Shown: positions 31,583 to 42,145 of the stretch, in pieces | Numbering within the stretch: the stretch's first letter is position 1 | How the letters are laid out: each line of letters starts with the position of its first letter | DNA from: Methanotrichaceae archaeon | Lineage (GTDB): Archaea; Halobacteriota; Methanosarcinia; Methanotrichales; Methanotrichaceae | Reading direction: 5' to 3' | Length of the DNA stretch: 64,000 nucleotides | Assembly: GCA_963748825.1 (NCBI GenBank) | Contig: CAVVKN010000023.1 | Location: 96,001-160,000, forward strand | The notes under the pieces: generated by a model | The model's database searches: none | Seen by the model: only the letters and a program-made list of their open reading frames with translations | Told to the model about the DNA's origin: nothing | Translations under genes and position numbers: made by a program

Positions 31583-32341
31583 TTGGCCAAAATATTCTTG
31601 CTTATGAAAGAGTTAAATCCTGGGATAGGCCGACTTGGAGCGGTTATAATATTTATTTTGGTAATAATCTTGATACAGTCAGCTCAGGCCTTTCCCCTAT
31701 ACGGCGGCAACGGAATAGTTAATGCGACAGTCTACTGTGTTATGAAATACGAATATGGTAATGGATTATATGTTGATATCTCAGCCAGTTATGTAGATGT
31801 ATACGACGTAGAGCTGATCGATAGCGATAATAACACATATAAAGGCAACAGCGCCCCCTACAGATCGACTCTGCATGGGTTCCCGACAGAGACAGAGTAT
31901 AAAGGATCTATCAGAGATATGCTCCTCTTCGACGTCCCTAAAGAGATCATCGTAAAGCGTCTTAGAATCGTGCCCTCTCACTCAGATTCCTTCTACATAA
32001 ACTGGACAGCCATGCCTGAAGCTACAGGTCACAATATAACGCTCAGGTTTTGCGGAGCAACCTTTGAGCCAAACGGAATGAGGTGGCGCCAGGGCAACTG
32101 GAACTTAGACCTGAACATTACCAATAATGCAAACCAGACTGCCGAATACGACAGCTCGGACTTTGCCCTGGTAGATCAGTTCGGCTGGGCTTATCCTGGT
32201 GAAGAAGGCGATGCGTTAAAGAAAATCCAGGCAGGAGAGGCGATGCGTTTCAACGTCAAGGTACCCTTCGTATCGGAAATATCCAGGCCCATGGCAATAC
32301 TATTTAAGGGCATGAAGCTGGACATATCGGCGTGGGCGTGA
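31583..32341 (+). CDS. Hypothetical secreted protein with two Ig-like (DUF4352-like) modules
   Basis: Signal peptide; L.D..N..Y / LLFDVP and DFALVDQFGWAY patterns. Confidence 0.7.
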   Translation: MAKIFLLMKELNPGIGRLGAVIIFILVIILIQSAQAFPLYGGNGIVNATVYCVMKYEYGNGLYVDISASYVDVYDVELIDSDNNTYKGNSAPYRSTLHGFPTETEYKGSIRDMLLFDVPKEIIVKRLRIVPSHSDSFYINWTAMPEATGHNITLRFCGATFEPNGMRWRQGNWNLDLNITNNANQTAEYDSSDFALVDQFGWAYPGEEGDALKKIQAGEAMRFNVKVPFVSEISRPMAILFKGMKLDISAWA

Positions 32342-32541
32342 GGCTCATCTCTTTTTCTACCTAGACTTGCTCATAGAATCGCTCGCAAGTTAGAATGCCA
32401 GAGCAGATGGTTATCCATGCAAACGGCTGAAGAGAATAATAGAAGAGCACCAAAATGAGCTTAACGTTCAACTCCCTAGACTGCGCCAGAAAGCAACCAA
32501 TTGCTGGACATTGTGGCCTAATTTAAGGCGTTTGACAATAT

Positions 32542-32574
32542 AGAGTATCCCGCAAATGATTTGCGGGGTACTCT
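32542..32574. terminator. Strong stem-loop between convergent genes
   Basis: AGAGTATCCCGCAAA-TGA-TTTGCGGGGTACTCT. Confidence 0.6.
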
Positions 32575-32582
32575 TCAGCCAT

Positions 32583-32786
32583 TTACTCCTTAACCGTGAC
32601 AGGTTTGATGGCAGCTTTTACCTTTTCCATCGTACTTGGTTTTATCTCTTTCAGTCCGTGAGCACTCTCCGCGTGTACCTGAATATGCTCCATCAATTCT
32701 TTATCGGTTTTGGCCTTTACCTCGAAGCCGCAGGTTGGCACCACATCCCTACAGCAAAACATCATGTATTCTGCATCTGGCATCAT
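32583..32786 (-). CDS. DUF1059 small metal-binding protein
   Basis: CRDV..TCGFEVKA.T..EL...HA..AHG. Confidence 0.85.
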   Translation of the reverse strand: MMPDAEYMMFCCRDVVPTCGFEVKAKTDKELMEHIQVHAESAHGLKEIKPSTMEKVKAAIKPVTVKE

Positions 32787-32906
32787 TACACCTCACATTA
32801 TTTTCGCACTAAATTGTTATTTGTATTCTAAACAAATAAAGGTTACGGAATAGTTGGCTTTACGAAATATATCAAATTAGAAAAAATAGTAATGACTAAA
32901 AATTTA

Positions 32907-34160
32907 TTAAGTTGGTGGCTTTGGTGGCTTCAGCAAGACAAATGCAATGATGATGCCCACGACAGCCAGGATCGCCACATAGGGGAATACACCCATGTAA
33001 CTGCCTGAGGCTGTTTTAATAGCACCTGCCAGTTGAGGTCCCACGATAGCACCAGCACCATATGCCAGGAATATCACGCCGTAATTTCTCGGATAGTCAG
33101 CCGTACCAAAGAAGCTTGCCGTCGCGGTGGGCGCTATAGCCAGCCAGCCACCCAGGCACATCCAGAGGATGGCGAAAGAGACGATATATAGTGTTTCTGC
33201 TCCAGGTCCTGCCATCTTCCACATTATCAACGATGCCAGGCCGATTAGGACGAAGGAAACAATAGCGGCATTCCTAGGGGTTATCTTGTCCGTAAGGGTT
33301 CCAAAGATGGGCCTGCCGCCTCCATTGAAAATGGCGAAGAAGCCAACCAGGAAAGAAGCGAGGCCAGTCTCAATCTGCACCACTTCTGTGCCTACGGGTT
33401 TGGATATGCCTATGGCCATAAGTCCTGCTATGCATCCAATGAAGTAGCACAGCCAAAGGCCTATGAAGCCAGGCGTCTTGATCATCTGCTCGCGTTTAAA
33501 ATCGCAGGTTACATGCGCTCCTGCCTTGGGTACTGGTGGCGTCCAGCCTGGGGGCTTGTAGCCTGCTGGCGGGAAGGCCAAAGGCATAGAACACAATGCA
33601 ATAATAATGATAAATGCAATTCCGAAGAAGCGGAAGGTGCTCATCACATCAAATGCGCCAATAAGATAGGTCGCTAAGTTGGCTGTGAAGAATGCTGAGA
33701 ATCCGAAGCCTAAAACTGTTAAGCCTACAGCGAGACCTCGCTTATCCGGGAACCATCTTGCTGAGACTGCTACAGGACAACCATAGGCTATCCCTACACC
33801 CAGGCCGCCGATTATTCCGTATGTCGGGTAAAGCATCTGCACTGAACCAGCTGTTGAAGCCATCAGCCAACCCAGACCGCAAATAACTCCTCCCGCCATG
33901 GCCATCTTGCGTGGCCCAAATTTTTCGATGTACTTACCTGAAAAAACCATGGCGATCGAGAAGATTGCAAGGAATATTGAAAACGGCAGCAGTACATCGC
34001 TTGCTGTAACCGTTTGGCCCATAGCTGTAAAGTGCTTTGTTAATGGATTCACGAAGACGGACCAGGAATAAACGCTGCCTAGACAAAGCATGATGATCGT
34101 GCCTAGGATGACGAACAACCAACGCCCACCGGGCGGCTCCTTAACCATATTTTCTGCCAT
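32907..34160 (-). CDS. MFS transporter, oxalate:formate antiporter (OFA) family
   Basis: LGSVYSWSVF, RWFPDKRGLAVG, FNGGGRPIFG, NYGVIF; 12 TMs. Confidence 0.9.
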   Translation of the reverse strand: MAENMVKEPPGGRWLFVILGTIIMLCLGSVYSWSVFVNPLTKHFTAMGQTVTASDVLLPFSIFLAIFSIAMVFSGKYIEKFGPRKMAMAGGVICGLGWLMASTAGSVQMLYPTYGIIGGLGVGIAYGCPVAVSARWFPDKRGLAVGLTVLGFGFSAFFTANLATYLIGAFDVMSTFRFFGIAFIIIIALCSMPLAFPPAGYKPPGWTPPVPKAGAHVTCDFKREQMIKTPGFIGLWLCYFIGCIAGLMAIGISKPVGTEVVQIETGLASFLVGFFAIFNGGGRPIFGTLTDKITPRNAAIVSFVLIGLASLIMWKMAGPGAETLYIVSFAILWMCLGGWLAIAPTATASFFGTADYPRNYGVIFLAYGAGAIVGPQLAGAIKTASGSYMGVFPYVAILAVVGIIIAFVLLKPPKPPT

Positions 34161-34556
34161 AAGTTTAACACCCTTTTTTTATAGATATTAAATTATTCAC
34201 ATCCAATACTTCAATTAATATAGCTAGCATAGAAAAAATGCTTCCGTTCAGCTCTATTAATCCCTCCTCATCCCCTCCATCACCCTTGAAGAATTATTCA
34301 ATGGCTTGGACCTAATTTCGTCTCTCATATATTTAAATTTAGCGGCAATTATCGCGATTATAGATTATAATATTACACATATCGCAAAAATACCGCAGTC
34401 AATTTACATTCCTATTCGATGAACATCCCGCCGATCCAAAAAAGCATCCTTGATCAAGTGAAATTATCTATAGCTATCGACAATAAAGTATACGTCCCTA
34501 TGCAAATCATCGTTAATGGCAATCTCTTTTAAGGTGAATGGAGAATAACCGGGGAG

Positions 34557-35138
34557 GTGGTGCTAATTATGCTAAAAGCCAACCCCAAGACATCATGGAA
34601 CAGCAATGAATGCATGCCAACGGTTGCAGCAACGGCTTACGTGGACGAATCCGCCATGATTATCGGCGACGTGCGCATTGGCGAAGAGGTTTATGTGGCC
34701 CCTTGCGTATCCTTGCGGGCGGACGAGGCCAACCCCATCATCATCGGCGATAAGTGCAACATCCAGGACGGCGTTGTCTTCCACGGCCTCATGGGAAGCT
34801 CCATACAGCTCGGAAAGCAGATCTCCATCGCCCATGGAGCCGTAATTCACGGACCCATGAAGATCGGGGATGAGAGCTTTGTGGGCTTCAACTCCGTGGT
34901 TCACGCCTCAACTCTGGGCAAGAAGTGCTTTGTCGGCCACGCGGCGGCAGTCATCGGTGTGAAGCTTGACGACGGCAAGTTCGTGCCCCACGGCGCTATT
35001 GTGGATACGCAGGAGAAGGCCGATGCGCTGGGATCTGTTCCCGAGAGCCTCAAGCACTTCAATGAGGAAGTGGTCGAGGTTAACTGCGAGTTTGCCAAAA
35101 GCTACAGAGTTCGGAAAAAATCCTGTGTAGGCGAGTAA
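34557..35138 (+). CDS. Gamma-class carbonic anhydrase (Cam-like, no signal peptide)
   Basis: Hexapeptide repeats, SLRADE, NIQDGVVFHG, IAHGAVIHGP, FNEEVVEVN. Confidence 0.85.
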   Translation: MVLIMLKANPKTSWNSNECMPTVAATAYVDESAMIIGDVRIGEEVYVAPCVSLRADEANPIIIGDKCNIQDGVVFHGLMGSSIQLGKQISIAHGAVIHGPMKIGDESFVGFNSVVHASTLGKKCFVGHAAAVIGVKLDDGKFVPHGAIVDTQEKADALGSVPESLKHFNEEVVEVNCEFAKSYRVRKKSCVGE

Positions 35139-35273
35139 TAGGCAAGCAATAATCCAATATCAATCATTTTTTTGTTGTCTCTTTTCCAATTATCGCTCGG
35201 TTTTCATTCGGTTCCTTTTCGGACAAGAAATATATACATCCCTAGCCCTAAGCCCAAAGCTAGCTTTAGGTGA

Positions 35274-36308
35274 TTGATAATGGCCAAGATCAAAGCTGGC
35301 GTCTTAGGTGCCACTGGTGCCGTGGGACAGCGCTTCATTGAAGGATTGAAGAACCATCCCTGGTTTGAGCTGACGGGCCTCGCCGCTTCGGAGAGAAGCG
35401 CGGGCAAGAAGTACAAAGAAGCCGCCAAGTGGCGCCTGGAGAGCGAGATGCCCACAGAGATTGGTGAGATGACCGTGGTCAACGTCGATCCGCGAGAAGT
35501 CGATGCCGATATTGTCTTCTCGGCGCTTCCTGCGGCAGATGCAAAGACGGTTGAGCCTGCCTTCGCGGCAGCAGGCTTCGCGGTGGCCAGCAATACCAGC
35601 TCCTATCGCATGGTAGATGATGTGCCTCTACTCATACCGGAATGCAACTACGAGCATCTGGATCTCATTAAAGTGCAGCGCGAAAAGCGCGGCTGGGAAG
35701 GATATCTCACCACCAATCCCAACTGCACCACCATCATGTTCACCCTGCCCCTAAAGCCGCTCATGAAGTTCGGAATCAAGAGCGTGCATGTGGCATCAAT
35801 GCAGGCCGTGTCCGGAGCCGGCTATGAGGGCGTGCCCTCCATGGCAATACTTGGCAACGTCATTCCCTACATCGGCGGCGAGGAAGAGAAGGTGGAGACT
35901 GAGCCTCAGAAGATCCTGGGCCGCTTTGATGGCGAAAAAATCGTGAATGCAGACTTTTCGGTGAGCGCCAGTTGCCACCGCGTGCCGGTCATGGACGGGC
36001 ACACAGAAGCTATCTGGGTGACCATGAGAGATAATCCCACACCGGAAGAGGTCAAGAAGGCCATGCAAAGCTTTGATCCGGGCCTGGGTGATCTGCCCAC
36101 TTCGCCCAAAAAGGCGCTAATCGTCAAGGATGAGCCCGACCGACCCCAGCCCCGGCTGGACCGGGGCCGCGGCAACGGCATGGCCATCTCGGTAGGAAGG
36201 ATCAGATCTGGAATCAGGTTCATCTGCATGGGCCACAACACCGTGCGCGGCGCGGCGGGAGCCAGCATTCTAAATGCCGAATTGCTGGTGAAGAAAGGCC
36301 TGCTGTGA
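35274..36308 (+). CDS. asd: Aspartate-semialdehyde dehydrogenase
   Basis: [32 protein letters not shown]. Confidence 0.96.
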   Translation: MIMAKIKAGVLGATGAVGQRFIEGLKNHPWFELTGLAASERSAGKKYKEAAKWRLESEMPTEIGEMTVVNVDPREVDADIVFSALPAADAKTVEPAFAAAGFAVASNTSSYRMVDDVPLLIPECNYEHLDLIKVQREKRGWEGYLTTNPNCTTIMFTLPLKPLMKFGIKSVHVASMQAVSGAGYEGVPSMAILGNVIPYIGGEEEKVETEPQKILGRFDGEKIVNADFSVSASCHRVPVMDGHTEAIWVTMRDNPTPEEVKKAMQSFDPGLGDLPTSPKKALIVKDEPDRPQPRLDRGRGNGMAISVGRIRSGIRFICMGHNTVRGAAGASILNAELLVKKGLL

Positions 36309-37270
36309 TGTTGATTGTAGCCTGGGAGGTGACGGCAGCCTGCAATTTGTCCTGCGGCTACTGCCGCGCCTCTGCCTCCTCGTTGCCCGATGCGGATGAG
36401 CTTTCCACGAAGGAGGCGCTTTCTTTTCTGGACAGCATTGTACCCTTGCAGCCCATGCTCATCTTAAGCGGCGGCGAGCCCTTGCTGCGGCCCGATATCT
36501 TCCAGATAGCACGTCACGGCGTATCTTTGGGCCTGCGCGTCTCTTTGGCCAGCAATGGAACATTGATCACCCCGCAGGTGGCAGATGAGATTGCTGCCGC
36601 CGGCATATCGCGGGTCAGCATCAGCTTGGACGGCGTAACGCCCGAAAAGCATGATCAGACTCGCGGCCCGGGAAGTTTTCAAGCGGCCTTGCAGGGAATA
36701 GAAAATCTGCGCGGCAAGGTCGATTTTCAGATCAACAATACCCTTACCAGTAAGAATGACGCCGATGTCGCACTCATCTTTGACCTTGCCCAAAGAGTGG
36801 GGGCTCGTGCCCTGCACTTCTTTTTCCTGGTGGCCACAGGCCGGGGCCGGGAGGCGGATCTCATCTCGCCGGAGCGGCAGGAGCAGCTTCTCCTCGAGAT
36901 CGACAGGGAGCGGGCGCGACGGCCAATCGAAGTGCAGGTCACCTGCGCGCCCCAGTACGCTCGAATAGCCAGGCCCGGAAGGGGCCATGCCGGCGGGTGC
37001 CTCGCGGGCAAAAGCTTCGTCTTTGTCTCGCGAAAGGGCGATGTCTATCCCTGCGGCTATTTTCCCCTGCGGGTCGGAAACATCAGGGAAAAGAATTTTA
37101 TAGAGATATGGGAGAATGCTGCAGAGCTTCGGGCGCTGCGAGAGAGGGCGCTTACTGGAAAGTGCGGACGGTGCAGCTTTGTAGGAATATGCGGAGGCTG
37201 CCGGGCGCGGGCCTATGCCGAAACGGGTGATTTCCTGGGACCGGACCCCGCCTGCCGTCTGGAAGTGTAG
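36305..37270 (+). CDS. ahbD: Radical SAM/SPASM heme biosynthesis protein, AhbD-like
   Basis: [42 protein letters not shown]; adjacent to ahbA. Confidence 0.75.
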   Translation: MMLIVAWEVTAACNLSCGYCRASASSLPDADELSTKEALSFLDSIVPLQPMLILSGGEPLLRPDIFQIARHGVSLGLRVSLASNGTLITPQVADEIAAAGISRVSISLDGVTPEKHDQTRGPGSFQAALQGIENLRGKVDFQINNTLTSKNDADVALIFDLAQRVGARALHFFFLVATGRGREADLISPERQEQLLLEIDRERARRPIEVQVTCAPQYARIARPGRGHAGGCLAGKSFVFVSRKGDVYPCGYFPLRVGNIREKNFIEIWENAAELRALRERALTGKCGRCSFVGICGGCRARAYAETGDFLGPDPACRLEV

Positions 37271-37272
37271 CC

Positions 37273-37722
37273 ATGGATGAGATAGACCTAGAGCTGCTTT
37301 CTGCTGTGCAAGACGGCTTTCCCATAACGCCTCGACCTTTCCGGGATTTGGGCCAGGCCCTGGGACTGGAGGAAGAAGAGGTAATAGAGCGACTGGCCTC
37401 CTTGCAGAAGGAGGGGTTGGTGAGGAGGATTGGGCCGATTCTTGATCTTCGCAAATTGGGGCGCAGTGGAATATTGGCGGCTCTAGAAGTGCCCCGGGAA
37501 GAGGCGGATGGGGCGGCCCAGGTCATTAATGAGTACACTGAGGTCTCGCACAACTATTTGCGTCCCGATGATAGCGGCTACAATCTGTGGTTTACTGTGT
37601 CGGCCACCGAGGAGCGAATCCAGGAAATATTGCAGGAGATCAGGATCAAGACGGGAAGAAAGATGCTGGTATTGCCCACCCTCAGGATATTTAAGATCGG
37701 CGTTAAGTTCGACATAGTTTGA
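37273..37722 (+). CDS. ahbA: Siroheme decarboxylase subunit (Lrp/AsnC-like)
   Basis: QDGFPITPRPF, VSHNYLR, YNLWFT, FKIGVKFD. Confidence 0.85.
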   Translation: MDEIDLELLSAVQDGFPITPRPFRDLGQALGLEEEEVIERLASLQKEGLVRRIGPILDLRKLGRSGILAALEVPREEADGAAQVINEYTEVSHNYLRPDDSGYNLWFTVSATEERIQEILQEIRIKTGRKMLVLPTLRIFKIGVKFDIV

Positions 37723-37757
37723 TAATTTGATATACCAGGAAGAGCATCGGTTAGATT

Positions 37758-38030
37758 ATGGCTAAACTCATTCTGATGGACTTTTATGCGGACTGGTGCG
37801 GACCATGCAAGATGCAGGGCCCAATCTTCGAGGATCTGGCCAAGGATTTCAGCGATAAGGTGGAATTTCGGAAGATCAATGTGGACAAAGAGGGCGACCT
37901 GGCTCTCGAGAAAGGCATCATGGTTGTGCCCACCATCATCTTGGAGAGGGACGGCGTGGAAGTACAGAAGTGGATGGGCGTCACTTCCAAAGAAGAGCTG
38001 ATAAAAGCGATCAACATCGCCTCGAAGTAG
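37758..38030 (+). CDS. trxA: Thioredoxin
   Basis: DFYADWCGPCK. Confidence 0.93.
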   Translation: MAKLILMDFYADWCGPCKMQGPIFEDLAKDFSDKVEFRKINVDKEGDLALEKGIMVVPTIILERDGVEVQKWMGVTSKEELIKAINIASK

Positions 38031-38060
38031 ATAAAAAGGAAAAGAGGAGCGGAAAGGAGA

Positions 38061-39035
38061 GTGAGAATGGCGGGAGGGGACTATTGCCTGGAGGCGGTGC
38101 GAAGGATCAACAGCCGTGGTGGCTGTGCGCCTCATCTCGCCCTGCGCTTCGACTCTCACCTCTTTTCCATAGACACCAGCCGTGCTCCCAAAGCCTGCGT
38201 GCAGCCCGATGCCTATCTCATCACTCATGCCCACAGCGATCACTACGGCAAATCGGCCATGAACTCCCCGCGGGCTATTGCCTCTGTGCAGACGGCACGC
38301 GCTCTAGAGATTCGCTATGAACGGGAGTACAAAGGCCGCACCTTTGAGGTTGGGCAGAGCATTGTTGTCGATGATGTGAAAGTGGACACGCATACTACCG
38401 GCCACACCATAGGCTCGACTGCTTTCTCCTGGCAGACGGAGACGGGTGAAAGGGTGCTGGTAACGGGGGACGTAAAAGACTACCAACATCTGCCGAAATG
38501 CGATTTTCTGGTCTCGGAAGCCAACTACGGCGATCCCTATGATCCCTCCTGCATCTTTGAGGACGATCTGGCCGGATTTTCCGAGGCTCTGGAGACCGGG
38601 GCGAGCTTTGGTGCCTATGCCTTTGGCAAAGCCCAGCGGGCGGTGGCTCTCATGAGAGCGATGGGCTACAAGGATGAGATCGGCATGGACGAGAAGAGCC
38701 TGGTTCTGACGCGAGAGCTGATGAAAGATGCTGCCGGGCCGCTCACAGAGGTGAACGGGGGCATATCCAATGTGGTCACGCCCTGGAATTTGCACCAGGT
38801 GAGGAGCCGCAACAAGTATTTCCTCACAGGAAGAAGGGATACCTCTTACCCCACTATTCAACTGAGCGATCACCTGGACTTTCGCGGCCTGATGAAGATG
38901 ATAGAGCACGTCTCGCCCAAGGAAGTTTTGGTCTATCACCCCGAAGGAGAGAGGGCGAGCCTGCTGGCCCATCATCTACAGGAGTGCGGCCTGGAGACGA
39001 CATCGCTCGACCTGATTGAGAAGTTTGTGCGATAA
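38061..39035 (+). CDS. Metallo-beta-lactamase fold hydrolase (beta-CASP-like nuclease)
   Basis: THAHSDH, GHTIGS, TGD, YAFGKAQR, LSDHLDF. Confidence 0.85.
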   Translation: MRMAGGDYCLEAVRRINSRGGCAPHLALRFDSHLFSIDTSRAPKACVQPDAYLITHAHSDHYGKSAMNSPRAIASVQTARALEIRYEREYKGRTFEVGQSIVVDDVKVDTHTTGHTIGSTAFSWQTETGERVLVTGDVKDYQHLPKCDFLVSEANYGDPYDPSCIFEDDLAGFSEALETGASFGAYAFGKAQRAVALMRAMGYKDEIGMDEKSLVLTRELMKDAAGPLTEVNGGISNVVTPWNLHQVRSRNKYFLTGRRDTSYPTIQLSDHLDFRGLMKMIEHVSPKEVLVYHPEGERASLLAHHLQECGLETTSLDLIEKFVR

Positions 39036-39205
39036 TTTATAACGAAATGTTCTCATCCAGTTTATACAATGCCGTCTGTTACATTTAATCCTGTGCTGAC
39101 CCTGAAAAGCATATTTAAAGCAGGCAGACACAGAGTCTCTCTTGAATGATTTCCACTCCCTCGCGTTGAAGTTGGAGGGCGTGAAAAAATTAGGAGGACG
39201 CGACA

Positions 39206-40147
39206 TTGGTAGACCTCTTCGGCAAAAAGAAGCTGGAAGATCGCATTTTAGAGCTGCAGGCCGAACTGGCGAAGCTGGAAGGCGAAAAAGAGGAATTCCT
39301 GCGCACTTTGGAAAAGCGTGAGGAGAAGATCCGCAGGCTTACCAGTGCCAACCAGGAGGCCAATTTAGCCCTCAAAGCAGCCGAGCAAAAGGCTGCCGCC
39401 ACTCTCTCCGCACCTGTGCAAGCTGCGGTCGAGAAATGCGAGGAGCAAAAGCCCAAGGCAAGAAAGCTGAGCTTGCGAGAGATGGATATGCTCATGGAGA
39501 GGCTCAAGGTCTGCCGCTCTCCCCGGGATGATCTGCTGGTTGCTTTTTACTCTGGCCCCATTCCAGGGGACGCCGGGCTTCCCCTGCAAATTAAAAAGGC
39601 CGTTGCCACCATCAAATCCCCGCGGGGCGTGATAATCCTGCATAGTCCCCAGCTTTTCTCTCTGCTTCTTATTCCGCCTTTTCCCATCCAGGAGAGCCTC
39701 TCTCGGGAAAGCGGCACCTTTGCACTCGATCTCATAGGAGAGATGATGGACACGCCGGTGCTGGTCATATCAGCCCACGCCGGAGAGACCTTCCTGGGGG
39801 TGGCTCTTTCTCGAGAGGGTTTTCTGGCGGAGGAGCTGGTGGAAAGCCAGGTAATGGGGAAGCACTCCAAAGGCGGCTGGAGCCAGAAGAGGTTTGAGAG
39901 GCTACGTGAGGAGGACATCAAGAGCCACGTCGATCTTGCGTCGCAAAAACTGGCTGAGCTGATGGGCAAGTATAAAACTCTCCTCAAGTATGCCGTGCTG
40001 TCGGGTGAGGAGAGCCTCATCCGCCAGATCGCTCCCGCAATCGATCTTCCCGTGATAGAGAGAAGGCTGGAGCGGCATGACGATCGAAAGACAAAGGAGC
40101 TCTTAGAAGAGGTTTATGGCTTTACCTGCTACAGAATTGAGATATAA
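39206..40147 (+). CDS. Vms1/acVLRF1-like release-factor-family protein with an N-terminal coiled coil
   Basis: VMGKHSKGGWSQKRFERLR. Confidence 0.8.
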   Translation: MVDLFGKKKLEDRILELQAELAKLEGEKEEFLRTLEKREEKIRRLTSANQEANLALKAAEQKAAATLSAPVQAAVEKCEEQKPKARKLSLREMDMLMERLKVCRSPRDDLLVAFYSGPIPGDAGLPLQIKKAVATIKSPRGVIILHSPQLFSLLLIPPFPIQESLSRESGTFALDLIGEMMDTPVLVISAHAGETFLGVALSREGFLAEELVESQVMGKHSKGGWSQKRFERLREEDIKSHVDLASQKLAELMGKYKTLLKYAVLSGEESLIRQIAPAIDLPVIERRLERHDDRKTKELLEEVYGFTCYRIEI

Positions 40148-40170
40148 AATCCGATTGAGAGAGGCGTCAG

Positions 40171-41010
40171 ATGAGCTCGCAGCCTGAGGACAAAAAAGGA
40201 CATGACGATCCAGAAGAGCTTTCCCGCGCCTGGGACTGGCATGTGCGAAGAAAAGTAGCCTGGAGTGCCGATACGCCTGAGAAGATCCTGGATACATTGA
40301 GCCGGGACAAGGTGCAATGGGTGAGGGAAGCAGTAGCCGGAAACTCGAGATCATCGCCTTTGGCACTCATCCGGCTAGCTGAGGACAGCTCCGGATACGT
40401 GCGGTCGGCGGTGGCTTTGAACAGCCGCGCCACAAGCGAGATTTTGGAGATGCTGGCGTCAGATGAGATGGTGGACTATGACAGCACCTTGCAGAAGAAT
40501 CGCTATCTGGTAAAGGAGGCAGTGGCCAAGAGCCCTAACATAAATCCGCCGACACTGGCCTTTCTCGCCCGCGACTCAGAGGAGCATGTGCGGTCAGCGG
40601 CGGCATCCAATCCACTCTTGTCTGTGGAATCGATGGGCAAGATGGTAAAAGATGTGTTCTGGGAAGTCCGGGACAATATTGCCAAAAACCCCTCGACTCC
40701 GGAGGATTTGCTCATCTATCTTTCAGCCGATAGGATCATGGATGTGCGGGTAACGGCGGCGCAAAATCCCCGCACGCCCGCAGGGGCGCTGGCGGCCCTC
40801 GCTGCCGACAGGAGCTGGGAGGTAAGGGAAGCGCTGGCCAGCAATGAAAAGCTGGAGGGCAAGATCCTGGAAGAACTCTCTGGCCACTGGTCCTGGATGG
40901 TTAGGGTGGCTGTAGCCCAAAATCCCAATACGCCTGCCGAGACATTGAAACGGCTGGCAGAGGATCCGGATCAGAGTGTGCAGAAGGCGGCGCGGGGGAG
41001 AATAAGGTAG
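40171..41010 (+). CDS. LRV/HEAT repeat protein
   Basis: Repeated VR.A.A.NP.TP...L..LA.D units. Confidence 0.88.
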   Translation: MSSQPEDKKGHDDPEELSRAWDWHVRRKVAWSADTPEKILDTLSRDKVQWVREAVAGNSRSSPLALIRLAEDSSGYVRSAVALNSRATSEILEMLASDEMVDYDSTLQKNRYLVKEAVAKSPNINPPTLAFLARDSEEHVRSAAASNPLLSVESMGKMVKDVFWEVRDNIAKNPSTPEDLLIYLSADRIMDVRVTAAQNPRTPAGALAALAADRSWEVREALASNEKLEGKILEELSGHWSWMVRVAVAQNPNTPAETLKRLAEDPDQSVQKAARGRIR

Positions 41011-41260
41011 TTGATAATTGCCCTTCGTTTCCTCGTTCGTTTCTAAATTATCTCAGGACGATCTTGTGTCTCCTGCATGGGCCTGCACCAGGGCCACATC
41101 CCCCCTTCCAGAAGTATCAAAAAGTAAATAGCATCAAGACTGCATGGGTTATGCACTCACCTTGCGGCTCTAATCACTGTGCTATTGTTACTAATAATGA
41201 TCATATATTTAATACATGACATAGGAAAGTCTTTATGTCTCTTTCGCTCATGGTAAACAA

Positions 41261-41941
41261 ATGGAGGAATTTAGTATAAAAATCTTCAGATTCTTGGTAA
41301 TAGCTTTATTGCTATCTGTATTAGCTGTATTTGCAACTGCAGCGGAAGAAAAATCCAGTGTTTCCGGCGAGCAAGCCCTACAAAAGCTCATGGAGGGCAA
41401 CGCACGGTTCGTATCTGGCAATGTTACTCATCCCGACCAATCTGCAGATCGCCGTAACGAACTCGTCTCTGGACAGCATCCCTTTGCGGTTGTTGTGGGA
41501 TGCTCCGATTCCAGGGTTCCCCCAGAGGTTGTCTTTGATCAGGGTCTGGGAGACATCTTCGTGATCAGGACTGCCGGAGAGGTTATGGATAACGTCACCT
41601 TGGCCAGTATTGAATATGCTGTAGAGCACTTGAATGTGGCCCTCGTAGTTGTACTGGGCCATGATAGCTGCGGAGCAGTAACTGCGGTCATAAAAGGTGG
41701 AGAGGTGCCAGGCCACTTGGATAGCCTAGTCAACTTCATCCAACCGGCAGTAGATGAGGCCAAGGCAGCAGGCGACGAGGGACAGCTCCTGAACAACTCC
41801 ATCAACAACAACGTCAAGAACATCGTGGAAGAGCTGAACGTATCTCAGCCCATCCTGTCTGAGATGGTCGAGGAAGGCAAGCTCAAAGTAGTAGGTGCTC
41901 GCTACCATCTGGATAGCGGGACTGTGGAAATCTTAGAGTAA
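41261..41941 (+). CDS. Beta-class carbonic anhydrase with a signal peptide
   Basis: LMEGNARF, GCSDSRVPPE, RTAG, GHDSCGAV; hydrophobic N-terminus ending ATA. Confidence 0.92.
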   Translation: MEEFSIKIFRFLVIALLLSVLAVFATAAEEKSSVSGEQALQKLMEGNARFVSGNVTHPDQSADRRNELVSGQHPFAVVVGCSDSRVPPEVVFDQGLGDIFVIRTAGEVMDNVTLASIEYAVEHLNVALVVVLGHDSCGAVTAVIKGGEVPGHLDSLVNFIQPAVDEAKAAGDEGQLLNNSINNNVKNIVEELNVSQPILSEMVEEGKLKVVGARYHLDSGTVEILE

Positions 41942-42145
41942 TCTTTTCCTGGGCTCGGGGACAGCTTATTCCCCTTGGGCCCCTTTATTAAATAATCGCG
42001 GGATGTTCACGCACTCAGTCATTGGTCGCATATTTTATAAATATGCTTTCGACCTCGCAAAATCCTGCGGTCTGCGTTCTGGATTCTACAAGGTTTTTTG
42101 ATTCAGACGATGCAGGTCAATCGATAGATGGCAATTGTCGAAAAT

